Positions 50,210 to 59,774 of a stretch of DNA of 64,000 nucleotides are shown here, one piece after another. The notes under the pieces are model-generated. The model was given only the letters and a program-made list of their open reading frames with translations, did no database searches and was not told where the DNA came from. The translations under genes and the position numbers were made by a program. The first letter of the stretch is position 1; each line of letters opens with the position of its first letter. The DNA is taken from the NCBI GenBank assembly GCA_027310185.1, contig DAIDBH010000008.1, forward strand, positions 1-64,000. The letters run 5' to 3'. The stretch is from Thermoplasmatales archaeon. GTDB taxonomy: Archaea; Thermoplasmatota; Thermoplasmata; Thermoplasmatales; Thermoplasmataceae.

Positions 50210-50778
50210 TAATCTGCACCCATCTTTTCCATTATCATTTCCTCGATCTTTTCTTTCTGATCGCTCATAATGGAATCAAAAGTCATATTAAGGGTTCTCT
50301 TTCCATCTGATGATGTGGCTAGTATCCCAAGCCTTATCCTTTCTGATTGCTCAAATGTGAACTCTCCATTAACCTTGCTAATAATGTTTTTATCTTCACT
50401 AGAACCCAAAACAGTAAATCCCTTTCCCAGTTTAGAACCGGCCTCTTTTATGGAATACCTGATGAAGTCTTCATATTTCGGGTCCTTCCTGATGGCAGAT
50501 TCCAGGCTGTTAGCCATTTCCCAGAAATCTTCCAGAAGCTTTCTCTTCCTCTCCATTTCTATGGTCTTCCTTGCAATCAGGATCTCATCTTTCGATGTCA
50601 CTTCAATTCTATTTAGGCTCTCCTCGAGCTTTCGTGACATGTTCTTTTCGAGCTCTTCCAGTCTTTCCTGGCTCTTCTCCATTATTTCCTTAAGGTTCTT
50701 TTCACAGTCAGCGGATATTCTATCAATCTCTTCCCTGCTTTTCTTCTCTATCTCTTCTATTATATCCTCTGCTGACAT
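50209..50778 (-). CDS. atpE: A1Ao ATP synthase subunit E
   Basis: Coiled-coil N-terminus, GILATSSDG..NMTFD. Confidence 0.85.
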   Translation of the reverse strand: MSAEDIIEEIEKKSREEIDRISADCEKNLKEIMEKSQERLEELEKNMSRKLEESLNRIEVTSKDEILIARKTIEMERKRKLLEDFWEMANSLESAIRKDPKYEDFIRYSIKEAGSKLGKGFTVLGSSEDKNIISKVNGEFTFEQSERIRLGILATSSDGKRTLNMTFDSIMSDQKEKIEEMIMEKMGAD

Positions 50779-50785
50779 TTTGATA

Positions 50786-51097
50786 TCACAATATGGCTTT
50801 CAGAAGCACGTATCCAAGAACCAACCCTATAATCCACAGGGTTTCCGGTATGACGAAAAATATCAGTACCTGTCCAAACTTCTCCGGTTTCTCAGCTATG
50901 ATGCCCATACCTGATGCCCCTATTCCCTGCTGGGCCATTCCAGTTCCAATCAATCCGCCTGCAATGGCTATGGCTGCCGCAATAGCTTCCAGTGCATAAG
51001 TACTAACCACGTAGTTAGACGAACTGGTTGTCGCCATTGCTGTAACCACAGCACTCCATGCAAACGTTCCAACGCTATAAATCATGAAAATCCTCAA
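50786..51097 (-). CDS. atpK: A1Ao ATP synthase proteolipid K (c); start probably at MATTSS (51037)
   Basis: AQQGIGASG and IPETL with the essential carboxylate. Confidence 0.92.
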   Translation of the reverse strand: MRIFMIYSVGTFAWSAVVTAMATTSSSNYVVSTYALEAIAAAIAIAGGLIGTGMAQQGIGASGMGIIAEKPEKFGQVLIFFVIPETLWIIGLVLGYVLLKAIL

Positions 51098-51213
51098 ACG
51101 CTTATAAAGATGTTTTATTTAAATTTAACCTACGTGAGCGGGGATTCCCCTTTCGCAAGAGAGGGAATGAAAGCGAGCGAAACGCTTATAGTATATTATA
51201 CAGTACAGTAACT

Positions 51214-51636
51214 ATGCCATACGCACTGGATAAAGGTGCACATTCTGTGTATTCATTATATTATCACTTCATCCAGGTCATAAAGTACAGGAGGAATGTA
51301 TTCAGCAATGATGCTATCGTGGATCTCCTCAAGACAAAGATAAGAGAAATATCAGATACATTCAATGTTGATATTCTAGACATAGAATACGATAAGGATC
51401 ACTTCCACATGCTTTTCAAGGCCACACCTCTCCTTAATATTCCACAGTTCATCAATGCAGTCAAAACAATAACATCAAGGGAGATACAGCGTAAGTTCCC
51501 TGAAGTAAAGAAGGATCTGTGGAAGGGAAAGTTCTGGTCCCCTTCATACTTCCTCGCAACATCAGGGCAGGTTACTCTTGATGTTATGAAAGAATATGTT
51601 GATTCACAGGAGGTTAAGCCTCATGAGAACATATAA
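51214..51636 (+). CDS. tnpA: IS200-type HUH transposase
   Basis: DHFHML, FWSPSY, EYVDSQ. Confidence 0.93.
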   Translation: MPYALDKGAHSVYSLYYHFIQVIKYRRNVFSNDAIVDLLKTKIREISDTFNVDILDIEYDKDHFHMLFKATPLLNIPQFINAVKTITSREIQRKFPEVKKDLWKGKFWSPSYFLATSGQVTLDVMKEYVDSQEVKPHENI

Positions 51637-52852
51637 ATTCAGGATTTACCCCTCAGATTCACAGATCACCATACTGAACAATACTCTTGATCTGTGCAGT
51701 GAATTATACAATTCCATGTTACAGCAGCGAATATACGCTTACAGATCGGGGAAGAAGGTCAATTACAAATCTCAGCAGAACGAAATACCTGAAATAAAGA
51801 ATACATTTCCGGAATACCATCATATCCATTCGCTTGTCATACAGGATGTTGCAAGGAGATTAGATAAGGCATATGGCAACTTCTTCAGAAGGGTGGGAGA
51901 GAAGAAGAACGGAAAGAGCATAAAGGCGGGATTTCCAAGATTCAAATCTAAAGACAGGTACAGTTCCATCACATACACCCAGTCTGGATTCAGCATACTG
52001 GATAACGGCCATGTGTGGTTATCAAAGATCGGTGAAGTGAGGATGTTCATGCACCGATCCATTAATGGAGATATCAGGACAATATCAGTAAAACGTGATT
52101 CTGTTGGAGACTGGTTCATAACATTTACTGTTGAGACACATAGCAACAGGGATAAATCGGAAGGAAACGAAATCATGCAGGATTCACAATTCCAACATGT
52201 CAAACCGGTTGGCATAGATATGGGCCTGAAATCCATCATCACCACCAGTGACGGTATACAGATCGATCCTCCCCGTTCTCTGGAAAAATCAGACAAGAAA
52301 CTTTCAAAGGCGCAGAGGAATCTATCCATGAAGAAGAAAGGATCGGGAAAAAGAAGGAAAGCAAAAACAAGGGTGGCAAAGATCCACAGGAAGATAGAGA
52401 GGCAGAGAAATGATTTCGCACATAAACTTTCCAAATACCTTGTGGAAAATCATGATCTCATTGTTTTCGAGTCCCTGAACATAAACGGGATGGTGAAGAA
52501 TCACCATCTTGCAAAAAGCATAATCGATGCAGGATGGAATCATATCATCCAGTATACAACATACAAGGCTGAAAGTGCCGGTAAGGTTGTAATACTGGTC
52601 AATCCCAGGAATACGTCAAGAAAATGCTCAAAATGCGGCAACATTAAACACGATCTGAAACTTTCAGACCGCACATACCACTGCAACACATGTGGTCTTA
52701 CCATAGACAGGGACCTGAATGCAGCAATAAATATCCGCAATATGGGACTGATAAAGATAGGGAGGGGCACTCCCGAATTCACGCCCGTGGAGATCCGAGC
52801 TCTGCCAGCAATGGCAACTCCCGTCGTTGAAACGGGAAGCCCCCTGCGTTAG
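51623..52852 (+). CDS. tnpB: RNA-guided endonuclease TnpB
   Basis: YKFRIYP, GIDMG, FESL, TSRKCSKCG..CNTCG, DRDLNAA. Confidence 0.95.
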   Translation: MRTYKFRIYPSDSQITILNNTLDLCSELYNSMLQQRIYAYRSGKKVNYKSQQNEIPEIKNTFPEYHHIHSLVIQDVARRLDKAYGNFFRRVGEKKNGKSIKAGFPRFKSKDRYSSITYTQSGFSILDNGHVWLSKIGEVRMFMHRSINGDIRTISVKRDSVGDWFITFTVETHSNRDKSEGNEIMQDSQFQHVKPVGIDMGLKSIITTSDGIQIDPPRSLEKSDKKLSKAQRNLSMKKKGSGKRRKAKTRVAKIHRKIERQRNDFAHKLSKYLVENHDLIVFESLNINGMVKNHHLAKSIIDAGWNHIIQYTTYKAESAGKVVILVNPRNTSRKCSKCGNIKHDLKLSDRTYHCNTCGLTIDRDLNAAINIRNMGLIKIGRGTPEFTPVEIRALPAMATPVVETGSPLR

Positions 52853-53005
52853 CCAGGGGAGGATGTCACTTGGAAAACATATTTAAATTCAGCTTATTAT
52901 ATTTGTGGAAATTACTAATAATTGCTGCAGTGTCATATTAATTCACAACAAAAATATAACGAACCAATTAAAAGATGATTATTTTCTTCCGTCAGGTATG
53001 TGAAT

Positions 53006-53284
53006 TCATTGTCCCCTTTTCTTTAAAATACCTACAGCAAATGCAATGAAAAGGAGTATTATTATATCGCCTAATATTATGTAAATGTAAGATGAGCTGA
53101 GGCCGTAAGGAGCAGAACTTGATGTGAACTGCGAAACAGCCTTATGCGCAATGTATGGTGAAATTGCAGCAGTTGAGGTTGAAGCAGATGTGTGTAAATA
53201 CAGACTTCCGGCAAGAGCTGCCATTGAAGTCAGCATTATGCCATTGGTAAAAGGCTTGATAAATTTATTTCTCAGTTTTCCCAT
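53006..53284 (-). CDS. Small membrane protein
   Basis: Two hydrophobic segments, S/T/A-rich linker, basic tail. Confidence 0.55.
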   Translation of the reverse strand: MGKLRNKFIKPFTNGIMLTSMAALAGSLYLHTSASTSTAAISPYIAHKAVSQFTSSSAPYGLSSSYIYIILGDIIILLFIAFAVGILKKRGQ

Positions 53285-53350
53285 GCTTTACAATTGCACC
53301 AAATTAAATATTTTTTTTGTATTTTTGAGTTAATATTTGAACCAGTGATC

Positions 53351-54025
53351 TTATTTAATCAACTTCCCGGTTGCCATCTTCCACATGTAAAGGTCCAGTA
53401 CACCTGGCTTGAGTCCCAGCTGTTCTGAAATCTGGATTACCTGCTGCTCATACTTCATGTATAGCTTTCTATTCAGTGCCTTTCCGGACCTTGCAAAATC
53501 CTCGTCCAGCATCCTTATGATGTGCTTATCAAGTATTGCAAAATCAAATACTCCAGTGTTCCTTAAAAAATGAGATGATTCCTTGTATCCTATTCCCTTC
53601 ACATTCTCCACAAGAAACTCCCTGGCAACCCAGGGATCAGGGTGATTTAACAGTACTGGAAGTTCCGGTATTATCCACCTGTTCTGTGAAATGAATTTAC
53701 CCCGCGTATTATAGAATCTATAATGTGCATTCTTCAGTTTAGCTGTCAGAACTTCCGTGTCGTCCTCTACGAAAGGCTTCAACCCAAGCTCCTTCTGCAT
53801 TTTTATGCCAAGTTCTGCAGATGTATTTGCGGTCAGGAAACAGTAACAGAGCTCAAAAAAAATCTCCTGCCCATCTTTCTCCCTGAATGACCTGAATTCC
53901 TGCACTCTTTCGTTCACCTCATCCCTGAATTTAGAATTGATGAGATCTTCCAGTTCTCTGAACCATATCTTCTGTGTTGATATATTGCTGCCTGACATGT
54001 TACTCTTAACGACTCTATACTGCAT
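53351..54025 (-). CDS. ogg: 8-oxoguanine DNA glycosylase/AP lyase
   Basis: FLTAN, GIGYKESSHFLRN, ILDKH, DLYMW, C-terminal Lys. Confidence 0.9.
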   Translation of the reverse strand: MQYRVVKSNMSGSNISTQKIWFRELEDLINSKFRDEVNERVQEFRSFREKDGQEIFFELCYCFLTANTSAELGIKMQKELGLKPFVEDDTEVLTAKLKNAHYRFYNTRGKFISQNRWIIPELPVLLNHPDPWVAREFLVENVKGIGYKESSHFLRNTGVFDFAILDKHIIRMLDEDFARSGKALNRKLYMKYEQQVIQISEQLGLKPGVLDLYMWKMATGKLIK

Positions 54026-54135
54026 TTATGTGAATTAGTCTTTCTATTCCATTTTACCTCTCCTGATTTACCACTTATATTCCTTCAAGAAATTTACTGC
54101 CAAGTTTTAAAAGGTAAACGTCATTAGTCCTGTAT

Positions 54136-55041
54136 ATGATCATTCACACTGAACCCGAAGATGGAAAGAATCCTGTACTTGAGATCATAAGGGAAAGCCA
54201 GAAGTACCTGCACTTGAATTACTACCTTATTGATGATCCTGAATTCATGAAGGCAATCGAGGACAGGGTATCCCATAAGGTAAATGTCCAGATAATAATA
54301 GACGGCCAGCCATACGAAGGCAGCAGTCATTCCAGTCTTGAGGCACTGAGGAAGACAGGTGCACAGGTTAATCTCTCTCCTTCAAGATTTGATAATACTG
54401 ACGTTTTTGATCATGCAAAATACATGTACAATGAGAAGAGATTCCTGATCGGAACAATGAATCTTACAGATGCTGCATTCAAGAATAACAGGGAGTATTT
54501 TGTGGTAGGAGATGAAAGAAAGGTTCTAAAATCTCTTGGCAGTATATTTGAATCAGACTGGAAGGGTGAAAGAGCTGGTGAAGTGGATAGGAAAGACCTG
54601 ATTGTTTCACCGGATTCTGAAAACAGGATTCTTGGCATACTGAGAGATGGAAAGAAACTTTTCATTGAAACTGAAGAACTTGGTAATGACAGGGTGATTC
54701 TTGACACACTTAAGACGAAGGGAAAGAAACTGAGGATGATACTTCCTTCAAGCCTTTCCGATGAGGACATGAACAACGCAGATGAACTGATGAAGAATGG
54801 TGCAAAAATAAGGGTAATGCCCGCGGAAAAACTGTATATGCATGCCAAGATGATCCATACCGGAAAGTTCGTGTTCATAGGTTCGCAGAATTTCTCATCA
54901 ACCAGTCTTCTCAGGAACAGAGAAGTTGGTATTATGGTTAAGAAATACGGGATGAAGAAGATATTCAATAACAAATTCAAGGAAGACTGGAAAAATTCTG
55001 AAACCATTTCCAGGAAGATGAGGAAAAGTGTAAAAACCTGA
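54136..55041 (+). CDS. Phospholipase D-superfamily protein with two HxK motifs
   Basis: HAKYM..GTMN..NRE and HAKMI..GSQN..NRE. Confidence 0.85.
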   Translation: MIIHTEPEDGKNPVLEIIRESQKYLHLNYYLIDDPEFMKAIEDRVSHKVNVQIIIDGQPYEGSSHSSLEALRKTGAQVNLSPSRFDNTDVFDHAKYMYNEKRFLIGTMNLTDAAFKNNREYFVVGDERKVLKSLGSIFESDWKGERAGEVDRKDLIVSPDSENRILGILRDGKKLFIETEELGNDRVILDTLKTKGKKLRMILPSSLSDEDMNNADELMKNGAKIRVMPAEKLYMHAKMIHTGKFVFIGSQNFSSTSLLRNREVGIMVKKYGMKKIFNNKFKEDWKNSETISRKMRKSVKT

Positions 55042-55224
55042 TTGGACCTCCTTTCAGGTTAAAGCTTCGTTCTAATTTTAGCTTACTTAGTTCTAGTCTT
55101 TAAATCTTTGAACGTTACCTTGCTAAGGAATTGATTTGCCAGAAGCATGCTTGCCGTTTTCAATACAGTAAAAAGTATACCATTTATAAAAATATTAGTT
55201 GTAAATTAAAATGAAAGTAGGGGT

Positions 55225-55842
55225 TTATTTGAATGCGAGATATGCCTTGTTAGCCTTCTCGAATCTCTTGTTCACTGATGCCCAGTCAACATTCTTCATG
55301 AATGCGTCCAGATATGGTGCCCTCTTTGCTCCGTAATCCGTGTAATATGCGTGTTCGTAGACATCAAGAGCCATGACAACTATGGCATTCCATATTCCGT
55401 TTGTGTTGTGTACATCAGCACCGATGTTTCTCAGCTTTCCGGTGTTCAGATCGTATACAAGAAGTGCCCATCCCCTGAATGCTGTACCGGTAGCCTTGAA
55501 ATCTTCAACCCATTTCTCATAGCTTCCGAAATCCTCAGATATCTTCTTTTTCAGTTCTTCTGAGAGGTTCTTCAGCCCATCCTTTTTCAGTGACTCAAAA
55601 TAGATCTCGTGTAGAAGTGAGCCATCATAATTAAAAGTCTCCTCCAGTTTAAGTTCCCTGAATTCGCTGTAGTTCTGATTTGCCTTGCTCCTGTCTGCGC
55701 TTGGGAGTTTCTCCCATATTTCGTTCAATTTTGCGACGTATCCGTTGTAATGCGTCTCAAAGTGGTACTCTATCTGCTGATCTGATATACCGTCCAGTCC
55801 CTTTGGCTTTAATTGATTTTTCTTTTCCCATTTTTCTACCAT
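55225..55842 (-). CDS. sod: Fe/Mn superoxide dismutase
   Basis: HFETHY, LHEIYF, DVYEHAYY. Confidence 0.95.
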   Translation of the reverse strand: MVEKWEKKNQLKPKGLDGISDQQIEYHFETHYNGYVAKLNEIWEKLPSADRSKANQNYSEFRELKLEETFNYDGSLLHEIYFESLKKDGLKNLSEELKKKISEDFGSYEKWVEDFKATGTAFRGWALLVYDLNTGKLRNIGADVHNTNGIWNAIVVMALDVYEHAYYTDYGAKRAPYLDAFMKNVDWASVNKRFEKANKAYLAFK

Positions 55843-55957
55843 TTTTTCACCAGATCAATATTATTTACTGGTTTAAAAATTGTATTGATAATGTTTAAAT
55901 AATTGTTTTTTAAGAATTATTATTTCCAAAATTTTCCTGAATGCAAGGTTTTATTGA

Positions 55958-57169
55958 TCATATTTTCTCTGTTATTGAAGCCGATTCTTCACGACCCTTC
56001 GCCTTGAGTACAAAGTAGAGAGTTGCCAGGATGACAAATATAACCGGTATAACTACCAGGAATGCATTTCTGTAGCCTATTATTTTTATTACCTCACCTG
56101 ATATAAACGGCATAATGGTTCCTATGGCCATCATTATGGAAAAGAAGTAACTATTTGCCATGTTCCTCCGGTTCTCAGGGAAACTCCTTGTTATGGACAT
56201 TACGGAAAGTGGATATGTCAGTCCATGTGGTATGCCGAGGATCAGAAATGCCAGCACGAAATAATCATAGTTTTTTGCTGTTCCGAGGACAAGCAATCCG
56301 ATAGCAGAAAGAATAACGGCTGAAAACATCAATCTTGGCAATCTTTCAGGAACTCTTACAGAAAATACAAGTCTTGAGATGAATGATGTAAGAAAGAACA
56401 GGCTGAATGTGAGATTCACTGTTGAAAGAGATATCTTGAAGTCTGATATGCCAAACAACCCACCATATGTTGTGAGAAAAGCGAAAGGGATGTTATAAGC
56501 AAGAATGTTGAGAAGTGATGATTGAAACCCCCTGTCCTTCAGTACTGTTATATCAAATCCCCTTCTCCTGACACCCATCTCATCAGGGAATTTTATGAAG
56601 AAGGAATCGATCATTCCTATGGCTGGAAGTATTGAGAAGATCAGGAATGATTCCGGAAGTGATACGTAGTGGAGAAGTTCACTCTCAATATATGGTCCCA
56701 TAATCAGGGAAAGACTGAGAGTGAGAGTGTAAATTGAAAGTATTCTCTCCCTCTGCTTCCTATCCTTGAAAAGTGAGGCAGAAGTGATTATATTTGGCAT
56801 TATAGAACCAAGTGTAAAGGATGCAACTGGTAGAATTAGCCATATGGTTAATGGAGTAGAGATATAGAAAAAAGGAAAAACCACTGCATATACTATGGAG
56901 GAAATTATGAAAATCTTCCTTCTTGCCCTGGACTCAACTTTTGCATTTATAAATGTGCTCATTATGAATGTTGTCAGGGATGCAGCTGAAGCCAGGAGTC
57001 CTATTTCAACGTTAGAAAAGAAAAAATAGTATCTTGCCAGGAGCGGTACTGACGTCACATACATATTGTTGCTCGACCGGATGGCAAATGTCATCGAAAG
57101 GATGACCACTATGATTACAGTTACTGTTCTGTGATCGATCTGTTTTACTGTACTTGAATTCTCAGGCAT
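55958..57169 (-). CDS. MFS transporter
   Basis: About 12 TM segments. Confidence 0.85.
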   Translation of the reverse strand: MPENSSTVKQIDHRTVTVIIVVILSMTFAIRSSNNMYVTSVPLLARYYFFFSNVEIGLLASAASLTTFIMSTFINAKVESRARRKIFIISSIVYAVVFPFFYISTPLTIWLILPVASFTLGSIMPNIITSASLFKDRKQRERILSIYTLTLSLSLIMGPYIESELLHYVSLPESFLIFSILPAIGMIDSFFIKFPDEMGVRRRGFDITVLKDRGFQSSLLNILAYNIPFAFLTTYGGLFGISDFKISLSTVNLTFSLFFLTSFISRLVFSVRVPERLPRLMFSAVILSAIGLLVLGTAKNYDYFVLAFLILGIPHGLTYPLSVMSITRSFPENRRNMANSYFFSIMMAIGTIMPFISGEVIKIIGYRNAFLVVIPVIFVILATLYFVLKAKGREESASITEKI

Positions 57170-57824
57170 TAAGTACTGCCCCTTCCAACTTGCTGTAATC
57201 TTCAGGTTCTTCCATTATGGGCTTCATTGATTTCATGATTCCGATTATGAACTCCAGAGGAAATTTATTCGGTAGTTTTTTTGAAACGGTTTCGGCAGCC
57301 TTTTCTGGATTTTTCCTAAACTCCTCCAGTCCTTCGTTGTAAATCTGCTTGAATTCATTTAAAACGCTTCTATCCTCGAATGAAGCTGCGCAGCTTCCTG
57401 GAACGTAAAATCCAGATTTCATTGCCCTTTCCTCCAGTGTAATGCCTTTCATTCCAGACATAGACATAACTACTGCTGAAGTTGCCTTTCCCTTATTCAT
57501 CAATGCTTTTATTTCTTCCATGTTCTCTCCATAAACGAAGTCTACCGGTAAAGCTTCACTCCTTACAATAATCTTCGATAAAACATCACTGGCACCTCCC
57601 TTTCTCAGTACTGCGGTGGTTCCTCTGAAATCAGGGCTGACCATTGATAATCCACTCAGTAATACCATATGAATCGGTAATCTTCTTTTCATGAGTGAGA
57701 TTGAGGAATCAAGGATGATGTCAGAATTACCATCCTTCCCGAATTTTACTTCTATATCCTTGTTCTCAACTGCAAGTAGGGGAAAACAAACTGGTCCAGG
57801 TGCTGTCATTATTTTTATGCCCAT
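57162..57824 (-). CDS. Conserved archaeal protein (DUF3834-like)
   Basis: APGPVCFPL, ILDS, RKGGASDVL, PGSCAA. Confidence 0.6.
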   Translation of the reverse strand: MGIKIMTAPGPVCFPLLAVENKDIEVKFGKDGNSDIILDSSISLMKRRLPIHMVLLSGLSMVSPDFRGTTAVLRKGGASDVLSKIIVRSEALPVDFVYGENMEEIKALMNKGKATSAVVMSMSGMKGITLEERAMKSGFYVPGSCAASFEDRSVLNEFKQIYNEGLEEFRKNPEKAAETVSKKLPNKFPLEFIIGIMKSMKPIMEEPEDYSKLEGAVLNA

Positions 57825-57858
57825 AGATAGTGATTACAAATAAGGATAAATAACTTAG

Positions 57859-58209
57859 TCATAAATTGTTATCAATTGTCATTAGTATATCATCTATCAT
57901 GCCCCTGGCCAGCCTCAATGCCTGATAATGTGATTTAACGAACTCGTGCCCTCTGTCTGTTATCCTGTATATTACTGTCTTCTGATGATCCTCTTCACAG
58001 CTTCCCTCATTTTCTATAAGTCCTTTAGTTTTCAGGTTTTTCAATAAAACATATACTGTGCCTTTTGGAAGTTCTACGCCTATTTTTTCCGTGACTTCCC
58101 TGTTTAATTCATATCCGTAACGTGGTTTGATGCACATTTCCCTTAGGAGGTATATACTGAGCAACCCCCTAAGGATTTTTTCATCGGAAAGATTCATATG
58201 ATGCCACAT
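57859..58209 (-). CDS. PadR-family regulator
   Basis: YGYEL, GTVYVLL..L...GLI, YRITDRG. Confidence 0.88.
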   Translation of the reverse strand: MWHHMNLSDEKILRGLLSIYLLREMCIKPRYGYELNREVTEKIGVELPKGTVYVLLKNLKTKGLIENEGSCEEDHQKTVIYRITDRGHEFVKSHYQALRLARGMIDDILMTIDNNL

Positions 58210-58364
58210 TCTAATAGGTAAACTATTTACTTAAACCTTTTTAATGTTTCTTTATACATTTCCAAGTTAGGTTTCATTTTTAAGAGAGCTTAAAAACATG
58301 GTATGTTTTATTTAATATAACTGATAAACGCTTATTTTATATACATACTATTTATTTCATTGAA

Positions 58365-59570
58365 ATGATTGAAAGAATAAGGGCTACTAACTTTAAGAGT
58401 TTTAAGTCGATCGATGTAAAATTGACTGACCTAAATGTTCTCATAGGTCAAAATTCTTCAGGTAAGTCTAATTTTGTATCTATATTTCAATTCATAAGGG
58501 ATATTTCTACAGTTGGATTGAACAACGCCCTCTCTATGCAGGGAGGTGTTGAGTATCTGTTCAATTTTGACACCACAGCTGATGGCTTCTGTGAAGTTGA
58601 AGTCTTCTTTGACCGCAAAGTAAAATTAAATATACGTGGGAGGTCCAAGAACAAATATGACGGATTAATGAAGATGTCTATGTTATCTTACAAGCTAAGA
58701 CTGACCTCATATAAAAGTGTTAAAAAGATAAAGACTTTTAGAGAAGAGATAAAACTCATGCTATCGTATTCGAAGGAAAAAGATCCAATTAACAAAGAGA
58801 TAATAGTAGTCATGGAGAATGGTAATGTAAATGTGGAAGGTGACAAAGACGAGGTATTGAAGAATATGATGGTCATTCCTATGGGTAAAAGTAGTGAGCT
58901 TTTAACCTTACTTCGTTTGCCTCCATTCATCTTTTTGTTTGATGCAGATTTAAGGGGCGCAATACAAGTTTATGATTTTGATCCGAAACTATCCAAAAAG
59001 GCAATTTCACTAACGGGAAAGATGGCACTGGAACCGGATGGGAGTAATATAGCTCTAGTGCTAAGACATGTTTTGAATGACAATGATGAAAGAAAGAAAT
59101 TTATAAGATATCTCAAGTCCTGTCTCCCATTCATTAACGATATTTCAATTGTTGAACAGATCGATAAGTCGATAATTTTTAAAACTTCTGAAACCTATAA
59201 TTCTAATTCTCAAATTCCAGCCCCTCTAATATCGGATGGAACCGTTGAGATTGTTTCCATAATATATTGTCTCTTTTTTCAACATAACGAACTCATTATC
59301 ATCGAAGAACCGGAAAGAAATATTCATCCCCATCTGATTTCAAGTGTTATGCATTTAATAAGAGAGGCTTCAGACTCTAAACAGATTATCATTACTACAC
59401 ACAGTCCTGAATTATTAAAACAAGTAGATTTGAAGAATATATATATTGTAGATAGAGATAAAAGAGGAGCATCGAAGGTAAATGGTATTGAAAACATCCA
59501 AGAGATAAAGATATTTCTCAGAGATAAAATTGGTGTTGACGAGCTATTTATAGACGGTATTCTAAGATGA
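58365..59570 (+). CDS. ABC/AAA_21-type ATPase (OLD/PARIS-like)
   Basis: NFKSF, GQNSSGKS, ISDGT, IEEPERNIHP, TTHS. Confidence 0.88.
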   Translation: MIERIRATNFKSFKSIDVKLTDLNVLIGQNSSGKSNFVSIFQFIRDISTVGLNNALSMQGGVEYLFNFDTTADGFCEVEVFFDRKVKLNIRGRSKNKYDGLMKMSMLSYKLRLTSYKSVKKIKTFREEIKLMLSYSKEKDPINKEIIVVMENGNVNVEGDKDEVLKNMMVIPMGKSSELLTLLRLPPFIFLFDADLRGAIQVYDFDPKLSKKAISLTGKMALEPDGSNIALVLRHVLNDNDERKKFIRYLKSCLPFINDISIVEQIDKSIIFKTSETYNSNSQIPAPLISDGTVEIVSIIYCLFFQHNELIIIEEPERNIHPHLISSVMHLIREASDSKQIIITTHSPELLKQVDLKNIYIVDRDKRGASKVNGIENIQEIKIFLRDKIGVDELFIDGILR

Positions 59571-59774
59571 TCGTTTTCCTGTTTGTTGAAGGATATTATG
59601 ATAAGTTATTTTTTGAAAATGTTTTAAAAAAAATAGATTTTTGTGTAGATATAAATGTTCAAGAGTATGCTCAGAAACAGCCGAGCAGGATAAATGATTA
59701 TTTAAAATCTATAGTTAAATCAGGGAACGTATATATTTTAATAGCAGACTTAGACCCTGAACAGTACCAATCTA

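Larger units (their letters stand above)
51134..52869 (+). mobile_element. IS200/IS605-family element
   Basis: Left hairpin ttcccctttc-gcaa-gagagggaa; right end cccctg..cagggg..ggatgTCAC; contains tnpA+tnpB. Confidence 0.9.

Noticed and set aside
42874-50999. Many plus-strand ORFs across the ATP synthase operon (and similar antisense ORFs elsewhere)
   Set aside because: They are antisense shadows of well-supported genes and have no motifs.
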